The notes below the pieces were generated by a model. It made no database searches. It saw nothing but the letters and a program-made list of their open reading frames with translations, and was not told the origin of the DNA. A stretch of 64,000 nt of DNA from Emiliania huxleyi CCMP1516 (lineage: Eukaryota): contig NW_005202428.1 in the NCBI RefSeq assembly GCF_000372725.1, positions 2,828,670 to 2,892,669 on the forward strand. Reading direction: 5' to 3'. The translations under genes and the position numbers were made by a program. Of this stretch, positions 1 to 8,884 are shown piece after piece (the first letter of the stretch is position 1; every line of letters starts with the position of its first letter).

Positions 1-1
1 C

Positions 2-667
2 CAACTGCTAGCCCAAGCTCTGACCTACCCAAATGAGGAGGGCGTCGTCGAGGCTGCCCGTGCGATTGGCAACCTCTCTCGGACCGCCGCGGCCCGGCAG
101 AGTCTTTGTTCGCTGCACGCCAGCGAGGCTCTGCTGCTTCTCCTGGGCCATTCATCGGCATCTGTGGTCAATGCATCCTGCGGGGCGCTCGTCAATCTCG
201 CGGGCGACCCTCGCTGCCTGTCGCACCTGTCTTCCCTGCGAGCTACCCCGCGCGTGGCCGAGGCTATGCTGCTCCAATTAGAGACGATGCATGCCGCCGC
301 GTCCAGATCGTGTGGGGAGGGCGGGGCGACGACCCAAGCTTACGAGGGCTACGGCGCGGTCGCGGCGGAAGCTGCACTGATGGCAGCCAAGACGCTGTGC
401 AATCTACTATCGTCAGGACTCGACAGCGACACATGTCCCGGAGAGCATCTGCTCGATTGGTCAGCTCGCCACGCACTGACCACCGCATTGGCCCCCCTGG
501 CAACCAAGCAAACACTAACATGGAAGACAGATGCGGGCGAGTGGCCGCACGTGGCATGGCTCCTGATGAGTCTCTTGCGGCCCGAAGGTGGGCGGGAGCA
601 GGGGCGAGGGGAGGGAGTGGTCTGCAAAGAGAAGAGGAGAACTGTCGAGCAAGTCTGCAAGACATGA
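2..667 (+). CDS. ARMC2: Armadillo-repeat protein, ARMC2-like, 3' part (5' end outside window)
   Basis: Frame open from base 2: QLLAQALTYPNEEGVVEAARAIGNLSR...LLLLLGHSSASVVNASCGALVNLAGD...AAKTLCNL. This resembles the C-terminal ARM repeats of ARMC2 (EAxRxxGNLS; ACGxLxNL). The 3' end may be spliced near 588. Confidence 0.6.
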   Translation, partial: QLLAQALTYPNEEGVVEAARAIGNLSRTAAARQSLCSLHASEALLLLLGHSSASVVNASCGALVNLAGDPRCLSHLSSLRATPRVAEAMLLQLETMHAAASRSCGEGGATTQAYEGYGAVAAEAALMAAKTLCNLLSSGLDSDTCPGEHLLDWSARHALTTALAPLATKQTLTWKTDAGEWPHVAWLLMSLLRPEGGREQGRGEGVVCKEKRRTVEQVCKT

Positions 668-1126
668 GTGTGAGTGTGGCTCAAGTACATGTACCCCAAA
701 AGTGCATGTCGAATACCAGCTGTGTTCATCATGTCGCCCCATGCTTGTCTACAAGTAGGTGCTCCAACCTCCACAAGTGCTCCAAGTGCTTGTCGCGTAA
801 CGCTCAACCCCGGTCCGTCCACACTTGTGAGCTGTGAGCTATGTAGTGGGGGGGTCCACTTTGTTTGGCAGCCCGACGGCGAGTGAGACGACTCCTCCCC
901 GAGAGCTGTGGGACACGCGATTTCAAACAGACCTGTTTTGATTGCGTTCTCAAAGATTAATTTCGTATCCCAGCGCTGAGCGGCTCTCTCTCTTGTCCGT
1001 CTCAGACCAGGAGAGGGGTCCCGTACTGCGTAATATATCGACCCTGCCTGAGTATAAGGAATAGCGACAGACCGACCGACCGGCTATCTATCTAGTGCTC
1101 AAGTGCTCAGTGAAATGCAGCACGCA

Positions 1127-1265
1127 ACGAAAAGAATTTAACAAAAACAACTGTCTCTGGCAGACAGGTTCGACACAGGCGCGGAATGGCACACGAAAAG
1201 AATTTTACAACAAAGCTCCCTCGCACGACACTGGGCACGGGACTGGCGCGCACTGGCACTAACAA
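1127..1265 (-). mobile_element. Two stacked short retroelement 3'-end fragments (modules B and A)
   Basis: Module B (aagaattta..caactg..cagacaggttcgacacagg) lies between ACGAAAAGAATTT direct repeats (1127-1139, 1193-1205). Module A (ctccctcgcacgacactgggcacgggactggcgcgcactggcactaac) follows. Both recur at 3614, 12380-12790, 14490 and about 50790. Confidence 0.6.
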
Positions 1266-2209
1266 AAGCGGAATTAGCCTGCTGCTGTTGCAAATCCGCA
1301 ACTCTAGTGGTCCCGAAACGCGGCCCCGTGTCAGCGATCCGGGAATGAAGAAGGTGCCGCGCGCGGCCGGCTGCCATTGGCGACGAGTCTGCTGGCGCTG
1401 GCTGCGGCGCGCCTGCAGCAGGTTGCCATGGCGAGCGCCCACAACGAAGCGAGATCTGGCACCAGACGAGGGAGAGCCCGCGCCGGCGCCCAGCTTTGTG
1501 CTCCCACCGCTGGTCCTTCCGATGGTGTTGCCGGTTTTTGGCCCCATTGCGCTGCCAGTTAGTGTATTCCAGGTCCCCGTCCCCTTTTGATGCTTAGTGC
1601 GTCTTGGCTGTGAGAGCACCGGATACACTGATGATATCAATCTTCTAGAGACCCCCTTCTCCCTCTCTTTTGACGCATCTGTTCGTTGCACAATGTAGGG
1701 CATGCACATCCCGTTGGCGTCACGCGTGCTCCTAGGATACGACAGAGTGTGCCAAAAGCGTGTACGAGGAAAGCAGACGGACATAGCAAGGCGCACGAAC
1801 TATGTCAGTGAACTAATATCAGAGGACAAAGCTAAAATGCCGCGCGCCCGGGCGCCGTCGGCCCTCTTGCTCTTCGCTGAGCTCGCACGTCGCAGCGCGC
1901 GGCCCCCCGGCCCCCCGCGGCAAGCGCCCGGCCGCCGCCGCTGCTTGCGGCTTGCGGGCCACGCACCGGCACGCCCCTTGCCCTTGGCTCAGCATTTGCG
2001 GAAATCGGGCGATGTGTGAGTGTGTGCGAGATGCCCGCAGCGCCGCACACTACACCTCGGTGTTGACCACTTCCCGGGCGCGGTTTGCTGCTGCTGGGCG
2101 CGATGATCACAATGCTGATCGCGGGCAACCGCCAAAGGGGAAAAAAGCTGCGACACAAAAGAGGGACTCCCGCCTCTGCTCCAATTTCGATATACGCTTT
2201 GCGACCCTC

Positions 2210-3589
2210 TCAACGCGGCGGCGGTGGGGCGTATCGCGGGGGCGGCGGCCATGCAAGGCGTGGAGGAAGTGGCAGCGGGTAGCCACCGAACGGATGGTAT
2301 GACGGCGGCGGGTGCGGCGAGTTGTAGAAAGGCGCCGCAGGGGGAGGGGGCCCATGCGGGACCGCACCGCCCATGGGCGCGTAGGCTGTAGCGGGCGGCG
2401 GCGGAGCGAGTAGCGGCAGCCGCGGGGGGACGTGCCGCAAGTGCTGCGCGGAGGGCGGAGGGCCCGGGGGTGGCTGCGGGCCAGCCCACGCTGGCGGGCA
2501 GCCCGGAGGCGGCCCGCCTGCTGTCAGCCGGGGAGGCGCCGGCTGGGCGGCGACAGCACGCCCCCTGCGGCCGCCTTTGCCATCACGCCCACCCTTGCCG
2601 CCGCCCTTGCCGCCGGCCGCTCGGCCCTTGCCACCGCCACGGCCTCCCCCCGCCGGCGCGCTAGCGCCAGCGGCTGACCCCGCTGCCGCCGCCTGCGCCA
2701 GCTTGCGCTTCCGCCTGTACTCCGCCTCCGCCTCGTCGTCCGAGAAGTCCTGCTCGTCGAGCTGGCACTCGTCGTCATCGGCGCCGCTCGCGTCGGTCCC
2801 CTTGCCTTGCTTGATTGCGGACGGGGCGAGGAAGGACGAGTGCGCCGGTGCGACAAAGACCTCGTCGCCAACAGAGAGGCGGAGACGGTCGGTGTCTCCG
2901 ACACGCACCGAGTAGAGGGGCGCCGAGACGGGTCCAAAGATCTCCGCCACTCGCCCAAGCACCTGGACCGCCTCCGCGCCCGAGGAGGGAGGAAGGCAGA
3001 GCAGCGACGCCTCGGCGAGCGGCGGCAGCCCGGGGAGTGCCTTCAGCACTGCCATGTCATCGAGCAGGGAGACCACAGCCGCCGCCCGCTCGAGCTGCTC
3101 CCCCACAGGCAGCGAGGCGGGCGCCTCCGGTGCCGGCTGCTCATGCCTTGTTTTCTCGCCGGCCTCCGCAGACTGAGCGGCGCCGCCACGCACGCTCTCC
3201 TCCTCGTCGTCCTCGTCATCGCGCATCGCGTCCACTTGACCCGGCTCGGCGGGGCACGCCCGAGCACTCTTTGCGGCGGGCTCAAGCACGTCCTCGCTGT
3301 CGCTGCTCTCCCCATCGCTGCTGCTCACCAGCTCTGCCGCAGGCATCCGGGCGGCCTCAGCCGCGCCGAGAGAGCTGCTGCTTGGCGCCGGAAGCTCATC
3401 GAGCGCGAACGTTGCGCCGGCTGCCAGTGCTGCTTCCGCGTCCAGGATTGCCTCGGCCTCACTTGCGCCGCACTCTGCCAACCCGTCACTACCCTCGCTG
3501 TCCCCGCTATCCGCGCTGCCTTCCTCACTCTCAGCAACGCTCTCGCTGTCATCCTCGCTGTCATATTCTGCATCGACGAGGCTAATCAT
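2210..3589 (-). CDS. NAF1: H/ACA RNP assembly factor NAF1
   Basis: Acidic N-terminus; Gar1/Naf1 core LGRVAEIFGPVSAPLYSVR; the NAF1 signature KGTDASG...QDFSDDEAEAEYRRK; Gly/Arg- then Pro-rich tail. Single exon, likely ATG at 3589. Confidence 0.9.
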   Translation of the reverse strand: MISLVDAEYDSEDDSESVAESEEGSADSGDSEGSDGLAECGASEAEAILDAEAALAAGATFALDELPAPSSSSLGAAEAARMPAAELVSSSDGESSDSEDVLEPAAKSARACPAEPGQVDAMRDDEDDEEESVRGGAAQSAEAGEKTRHEQPAPEAPASLPVGEQLERAAAVVSLLDDMAVLKALPGLPPLAEASLLCLPPSSGAEAVQVLGRVAEIFGPVSAPLYSVRVGDTDRLRLSVGDEVFVAPAHSSFLAPSAIKQGKGTDASGADDDECQLDEQDFSDDEAEAEYRRKRKLAQAAAAGSAAGASAPAGGGRGGGKGRAAGGKGGGKGGRDGKGGRRGRAVAAQPAPPRLTAGGPPPGCPPAWAGPQPPPGPPPSAQHLRHVPPRLPLLAPPPPATAYAPMGGAVPHGPPPPAAPFYNSPHPPPSYHPFGGYPLPLPPRLAWPPPPRYAPPPPR

Positions 3590-3613
3590 GGGCGTGCGTA
3601 TGAACGAGGGCAA

Positions 3614-3733
3614 CGCATCGAAAAGAATTTAAACAAAACAACTCTGTCTCACAGCAGACAGGCTCGACACAGGTGCGAACTGGCGCGTGCTAGTACTATC
3701 ACCGGCACACCACCGGAGCCGCATCGAAAAGAA
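3614..3733 (-). mobile_element. Short retroelement 3'-end fragment (module B) with 14-bp TSD
   Basis: CGCATCGAAAAGAA at 3614-3627 and 3720-3733 flanks about 92 bp that recurs at 12434-12530. It sits 25 bp upstream of the NAF1 ATG. Confidence 0.7.
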
Positions 3734-3882
3734 AGAGCACGAACGCATACTAGTATGACTCTTGGCGGCAAATGATTGGAGTGAGGTGAGAAATGTGGTC
3801 CTTGCGCGAGGAGAGCTCGATAAACTCGAGGGGCCAAAATATGCCGAGAAAGAAAGAAAGAAAACAGACACCCCAAACGAGG

Positions 3883-4111
3883 TGTGACGGCGGAGTTGAC
3901 GCCTCCGACGGTCGTAGCGGCGTGGCTGAGGGCGGCGGTGGAGGCGCCCGATAGCGCGGTGAGGATGGTCTCATGGGTCTAGCAAACCATAGACGACACC
4001 AAGAGAACGCGAGGTAAAACCCGACGGCTATGGATGGTAAAAGGCGGCGGTAAAACCCATCCACACGGGTTTCGGTGGGTTGGATGGGAGGTAGAATGTC
4101 TACCTACCGCA
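3883..4111 (-). repeat. 3' LTR of the copia element
   Basis: Direct repeat of 8402-8630 with TG/CA termini; purine tract adjacent at about 4112-4119 on the minus strand. Confidence 0.95.
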
Positions 4112-4159
4112 CCCCCCCCAATGTCGCTGGGCGGGATCGGCCCGCAGAGGCGGCATTGA

Positions 4160-6250
4160 TCAGTTCCCCCCATGCACCGCGCGAGCTCGCGCGTTGGAGG
4201 CGTGGTCGACGCTGCGCTTGAGCTTCTCCTTGGGGACCCATTTCGTCAAGAAATCGGCGGGCATGAGGTCGTCGGTGATCTTGACGACGCGGCACTCGCC
4301 GTCGGCCATGCGGCGCTGCAGCGTGTGGTAGCGGCGCAGGAAGTGGCGCGAGCGCGAGGCGGATTTGGCGTTGTTGGCGACGAGGACGTTTGCCTTGTTG
4401 TCCGAGAGGATGACGGTCGGTCCGGTCGGCGGGGCGCCGAGGGCGACGAGGACCTCGCGGGCGTATGCGACGAGCTCGCCCGCTTTGGCGCTGGCGATGG
4501 CCTCGCTCTCGTGTGAGGAGTCGACGACGAGGCCGATCTTCTTGACGCTGTGCATGACGGCAGCGCCAAAGCAGGTGAGCAGCATGCCATAGAGGTCGAG
4601 GTCGCCGTTCCAGGTGGCGTCGGCGGCGGCGACGAGCTCGGTGGGCGCGTGCGAGTCGAGCCCGGCGATGTGCGCGCTCATGCGGCCCTGCAACTCGGCC
4701 TCCGCGTCTAGCCCGCCGTACGTGATGCCGTCGTGCTTGCGGTCGTAGGCGGTGCAGAGCGCGGCGCGCGCTACCTCGTAGGCCTCGGGCGGCGGCGCCG
4801 ACATGACGCACGAGAGGCGGTGGAGGACGAGGGAGAGTCGCGGCTGCACGCGCTCGACGAATTTGAGGTGGCCGATGATGCTCTGTGTGCGCACTTGCTG
4901 GGGCGACAGCTTGCCGTCGCGGTCGGCGAGCTTGAGCGAGTCGGCGGCGTCGGCGAGGCGCTTGCCGCTGAGGACGGTCGGACGCTCGCCGCGGAGGAGC
5001 TCGGGCATGTGCTCGCGTGCGGCCTCGATGATCTTCTGCGGCATGGACAGCGTGAGGGTGCGCCGCTCGCGGTCGCGCTCGAGCTTGAAGCCGGCGAAGG
5101 AGGTGGGCGAGTAGTCGACCTTGACCTCGTCGTTGAAAGCGGCCTTCAGCGCGGCGATGGTGGCGTCGGTGATGGTGGTGCCGTTCACCTCGGAGATGAG
5201 GAAGTCGTCGACGATCGTGATCATGCGGGCCTCTCCGTGCTCCCCATGGAACGAGAACATCGCGGGGACACCCGGGCACGGCACCCACCCTAGGCCTTTG
5301 ATGGTGTCATTGAACGTGCACTCCCACTCGTAGCCAGCGCACTCCTCGCCCCAGAGAGGTGAACAGAGCTCGATGCACAGCTCGGTCCCGTCCTCGTCGG
5401 TCATGGGTAGCGTGGACGGGAGCGCCATGTAGCCGACGGGCCCCTGTCGCTTGCCCTTGACATAGGCGTTCCCGACGTCTCCCTTGGTCAGGTGGGCATC
5501 GACGGCGGCGGCGTGTCCGACGAACAGCTTGGCGGTCAAGTCGTCGACAACGGTAGAGGTAGCCGGGACGCCCGACGGTGGTAGGCCGGCGCGGGCGCGT
5601 TGGACCTTGGCGAAGCCGCCGTCGGCGGAGTGCCGTGACTTGAACGGGTCGTGTTGGTCGAGGCCTCCGGTCGCCTGGTCGATCTTGATCTTGCGCGCTG
5701 TGACGCAGCGCTGGATCGGCACGCCCGCGGCCGCGGGGACGGTGACGGGCACGAGGCGGTTGCCGGGGACACGGAGGATGCAGTCGAGGGCCTTGCGGTC
5801 GGCGGCCTCCCATTGCGTCCGCTCGGGCGATTCGCGCAGCTCCTTCTTGTTGGCGGGTACGCGGAAGATCTGCTTCACGCCGAGCGGCGTGACGACGTCG
5901 ACGAGGCGCTGCGTCGCCTTGAGGCACTCGGCTGGCATTGGGGCGCCGGCAGCATGGCGGGAGAGGGCGCGGAGGCACTCGGCTGAGGCGGGGCTGCCGG
6001 CGGCCTTGTGGAGACAGGTGCGGCTGGCGTCGAGGCGCTCGGCGGACGCGCACTCGAAGGGCGCGGCGCCGTCGCCGAGGATGGCGTACAGCGCAGCGTT
6101 GTAGGCGTCGACGTGCGTGCCGCTGGTGGTGCACTCGAGGGCCGCCTCGGCGACGCTGGCGGCGCGCTGGAGGCGGGCCTGGTAGCGCGTCGCAGGCATG
6201 CTCGGCGGCGGCGACGGCGTGCTGGGGGCGGGCGAAGTTGGCGGCAACAC
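4160..6250 (-). CDS. Copia-type reverse transcriptase-RNase H (pol 3' part)
   Basis: RT motifs KSRHSADG, GDVGNAYVKG, LCSPLWG...YEW and TIVDDFLI. Ty1-type RNase H motifs ADATW, ESEAIA, SDNKA and ADFLTK. It is in a different frame from the gag-PR ORF and has no clear ATG of its own. Confidence 0.9.
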   Translation of the reverse strand: MLPPTSPAPSTPSPPPSMPATRYQARLQRAASVAEAALECTTSGTHVDAYNAALYAILGDGAAPFECASAERLDASRTCLHKAAGSPASAECLRALSRHAAGAPMPAECLKATQRLVDVVTPLGVKQIFRVPANKKELRESPERTQWEAADRKALDCILRVPGNRLVPVTVPAAAGVPIQRCVTARKIKIDQATGGLDQHDPFKSRHSADGGFAKVQRARAGLPPSGVPATSTVVDDLTAKLFVGHAAAVDAHLTKGDVGNAYVKGKRQGPVGYMALPSTLPMTDEDGTELCIELCSPLWGEECAGYEWECTFNDTIKGLGWVPCPGVPAMFSFHGEHGEARMITIVDDFLISEVNGTTITDATIAALKAAFNDEVKVDYSPTSFAGFKLERDRERRTLTLSMPQKIIEAAREHMPELLRGERPTVLSGKRLADAADSLKLADRDGKLSPQQVRTQSIIGHLKFVERVQPRLSLVLHRLSCVMSAPPPEAYEVARAALCTAYDRKHDGITYGGLDAEAELQGRMSAHIAGLDSHAPTELVAAADATWNGDLDLYGMLLTCFGAAVMHSVKKIGLVVDSSHESEAIASAKAGELVAYAREVLVALGAPPTGPTVILSDNKANVLVANNAKSASRSRHFLRRYHTLQRRMADGECRVVKITDDLMPADFLTKWVPKEKLKRSVDHASNARARAVHGGN

Positions 6251-8400
6251 CCGCCACTTTCGACGTCGGCGCCGTACATGTCCTCGAGGTAGCTCCCGGA
6301 GATGATTGACCGGTTGATGTTGTCGGAAAACACGGCGCCGCGGAGGTCGATGGCGTGGCCGGTGCTGGCGGTGAGCCGCGCGCTGATGGTCTGGGACGTG
6401 TTGACGCTGGCGGCGGAACCGACACCGGCGATGTCAAAAGCTTGCTGCCGAATGTCGTATGGTTGCGCGAGGACGTCGGCAAGGCATAGAGCTTCCTCGG
6501 TGGCATGCGGAGCGTGCTTTATCATGTTCACGTTGGATCCGTTGTCGAGCTGGCACCTGAGCCTCGCTGGTTCGGTGGGCGCTCGCGGGGTGCCCCGTCT
6601 CGTGTGCCCTGCGCCGGTCTCGGCGGCGTTGACGGAGGCGGCGAGGGCGCCGGCGGCGAAGAATACACGGTGCTGCTGACGGATGACGGTGGTCGCGGCG
6701 AAGCCGGTGGCGGCTATTTTGTCGAGGGAGCAGAGGCTTGCGACGACAATGACGGCGAGGGCTGCCCGACCGAGGAAGCGGGCGCAGCGGCCGGCGTTGT
6801 GGTAGAGGGCTGGAGCTGCATCGACGGCGGCGATAACCAACCCCTCTCTCCCGATGGCGGCGAGGCTGGCAGCGCTGCGTGCAGCGTCGCCGGCGGCTTC
6901 GACAGCGTGGCACGCGGCGGCGACAGAGTTGAGGTAAGCGCGGCCGAGGCGAGCACGGCCTGCACTGTCGGCGAGTTCAAGAGCACCGACGACGGCGACG
7001 GCGGCGCACGCGAACGCGGCTCCGCGGGCGGCGAGGGCGAGCAGGAGTAGGAACGCAGCGCCGGCGGCGTATGCGAGCGCACGCTCGTGGAGCCCGCGGA
7101 TCTCGGCGCGGAGCTCGGTGATGGCAGCGGCCTGCTCGGTGGTGAGGGCATCGAGCTCGCCGAGCTCGCGGTTGGCTGCGGCGAGGCCTTCAAAGGCGCC
7201 ATTCTTTGCGGCCTTGGCAGCGAGGGAGGCGGCGCGTGCGTCCTTCTCTGCAGCTAGGGCGGCGCTGGCAGCGGCGTTGGCGGCGTCGGCGGCGTCGGCG
7301 GCCTCGGCGCTGGTGTGCGCAATGTCGCCTCGCAGCGCGGCGAGCTGGCTGGTGTAGGCCTCGAGCCCGTCGTCGTGGGCGTTCGCAGCAGAGTCGCCGG
7401 CGGGGGTGGCCTCGGCGCTGGCGGTCTCGAGGGCGCCGATGCAGCCGTCGTCGCCGAAGACGGCGTCGTCGGGGACAGCGGCGCGGAGGTCGGGGGCGGG
7501 CGCCTCGGCGGCGTTGGCCTCTCCCTTGCCGATGTCCTCCTCGCCGTTGTACTGCTTGTTGGCGATGATGAAGGGGACGATGTCGGTCTTGACGAGCTTC
7601 GTCTTGAGCTCGTTAACCTCGGCCGCCGAAAGCGCCTTGAATGACTTGCGGCTGGCAGAGGTGGCGCCGGAGACGCTGGCGCAGTTGAGGAGCGTCCGTA
7701 GTTCATCGACGGTGACATTGGCAGGGGCGGAGCCGGCGGCATGTGGGGGCGCGGCGCCGGCACCAGGCGTAGGCGCTGGAGGCGGTGCTGGCGCGGGCGG
7801 CGGCTGTGGCGCTGCTGGTGGCATCCAGGCCTGAGACGGGTACGTGCCTGCGCCTCCGCAGAGGGGCGGGATGGCGCCGTATGCACCGGCGGGTTGCGGG
7901 TAGCAGTAGGCCTGCTGCTCCCACTGGGCAGGGTGGATGGAGCCTCCTGGCTGAGCCATGCCCTGCATGAAGGGGGGCAATGCCGGGTCCATTATGCACT
8001 GCTGCGGCATGCCGTACTGTTGCTGCGGCGAATACATAGCGGGCTGCGAGCACAGCTGGCCGGCGCTGGCGCAGAAGGGCTGGCTGAAGAAGGGCTGTGG
8101 GGCTCCACACCCGCCATGCATATGCAGTTGCTGGGCCGGCGGGACCGGCTGCATCGGCATTGCGCATTGGCTGTGCGATGCCGCACCACATTGCGATGGT
8201 GATGCGTAGGAGCCGGCGGGCGGCACGTGCCCGACGGGTGGCTCGTGCCCAGTCGTCCCTGGTGGCGGGCCGGTGGGCAGTGGCGGCAGCTGCTGCGGTG
8301 GCGGCCGCAGCACTGGTGGCGGCGGCCGCATGGCAGGCGCTGAGCCTGCGGGCGGATTGGCGTGTTGGGCTGGCGCTGGACCGCGATCAGAGCTGATACC
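6240..8400 (-). CDS. Gag-like/protease ORF of the copia element with coiled-coil and hydrophobic segments
   Basis: Part of ORF 5875..8583. Pro/Gln-rich N-terminus, Ala-rich coiled coil, two hydrophobic stretches, then an aspartic-protease-like motif CQLDNGSNVNMI and a downstream RSIISGSYL. No CCHC knuckle seen. Confidence 0.7.
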
Positions 8401-8401
8401 A

Positions 8402-8630
8402 TGTGACGGCGGAGTTGACGCCTCCGACGGTCGTAGCGGCGTGGCTGAGGGCGGCGGTGGAGGCGCCCGATAGCGCGGTGAGGATGGTCTCATGGGTCTA
8501 GCAAACCATAGACGACACCAAGAGAACGCGAGGTAAAACCCGACGGCTATGGATGGTAAAAGGCGGCGGTAAAACCCATCCACACGGGTTTCGGTGGGTT
8601 GGATGGGAGGTAGAATGTCTACCTACCGCA
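8402..8630 (-). repeat. 5' LTR of the copia element
   Basis: Direct repeat of 3883-4111; immediately followed on the minus strand by TGGTATCAG (PBS). Confidence 0.95.
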
Positions 8631-8884
8631 CGAGGGATAGATAGATAGGGGAGGAGGACAGGGTCCACACCTGCACGAGCAGGATTTTGGAAGGACGATC
8701 AGGGGCACAGGTGGGGCTCTCCTGCTCCTGACAAGGGACACGACAGGCTCGCAGCGCGGTGCACGGTGGAATCCCAACTCCACTGGCTGTCGTCTCATCT
8801 CAGTCTATCGACCTTCCTCCGGCTTCTCACCGGCTGTCTCTCACTACCACTGGCACACTGACACAGGGGTGGCAGGGGCGGCGG

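Larger units (their letters stand above)
3883..8630 (-). mobile_element. Ty1/copia LTR retrotransposon, internally deleted (no recognisable integrase)
   Basis: 229-bp TG...CA LTRs at 3883-4111 and 8402-8630, identical by eye. TSD CGAGG at 3878-3882 and 8631-8635. PBS TGGTATCAG (iMet-like) next to the 5' LTR; G-rich PPT next to the 3' LTR. PR, RT and RNase H motifs inside. Confidence 0.95.

Noticed and set aside
1270..2200. Short ORFs between the ARMC2-like gene and NAF1
   Set aside because: No recognisable motifs; probably degenerate repeat or UTR sequence.
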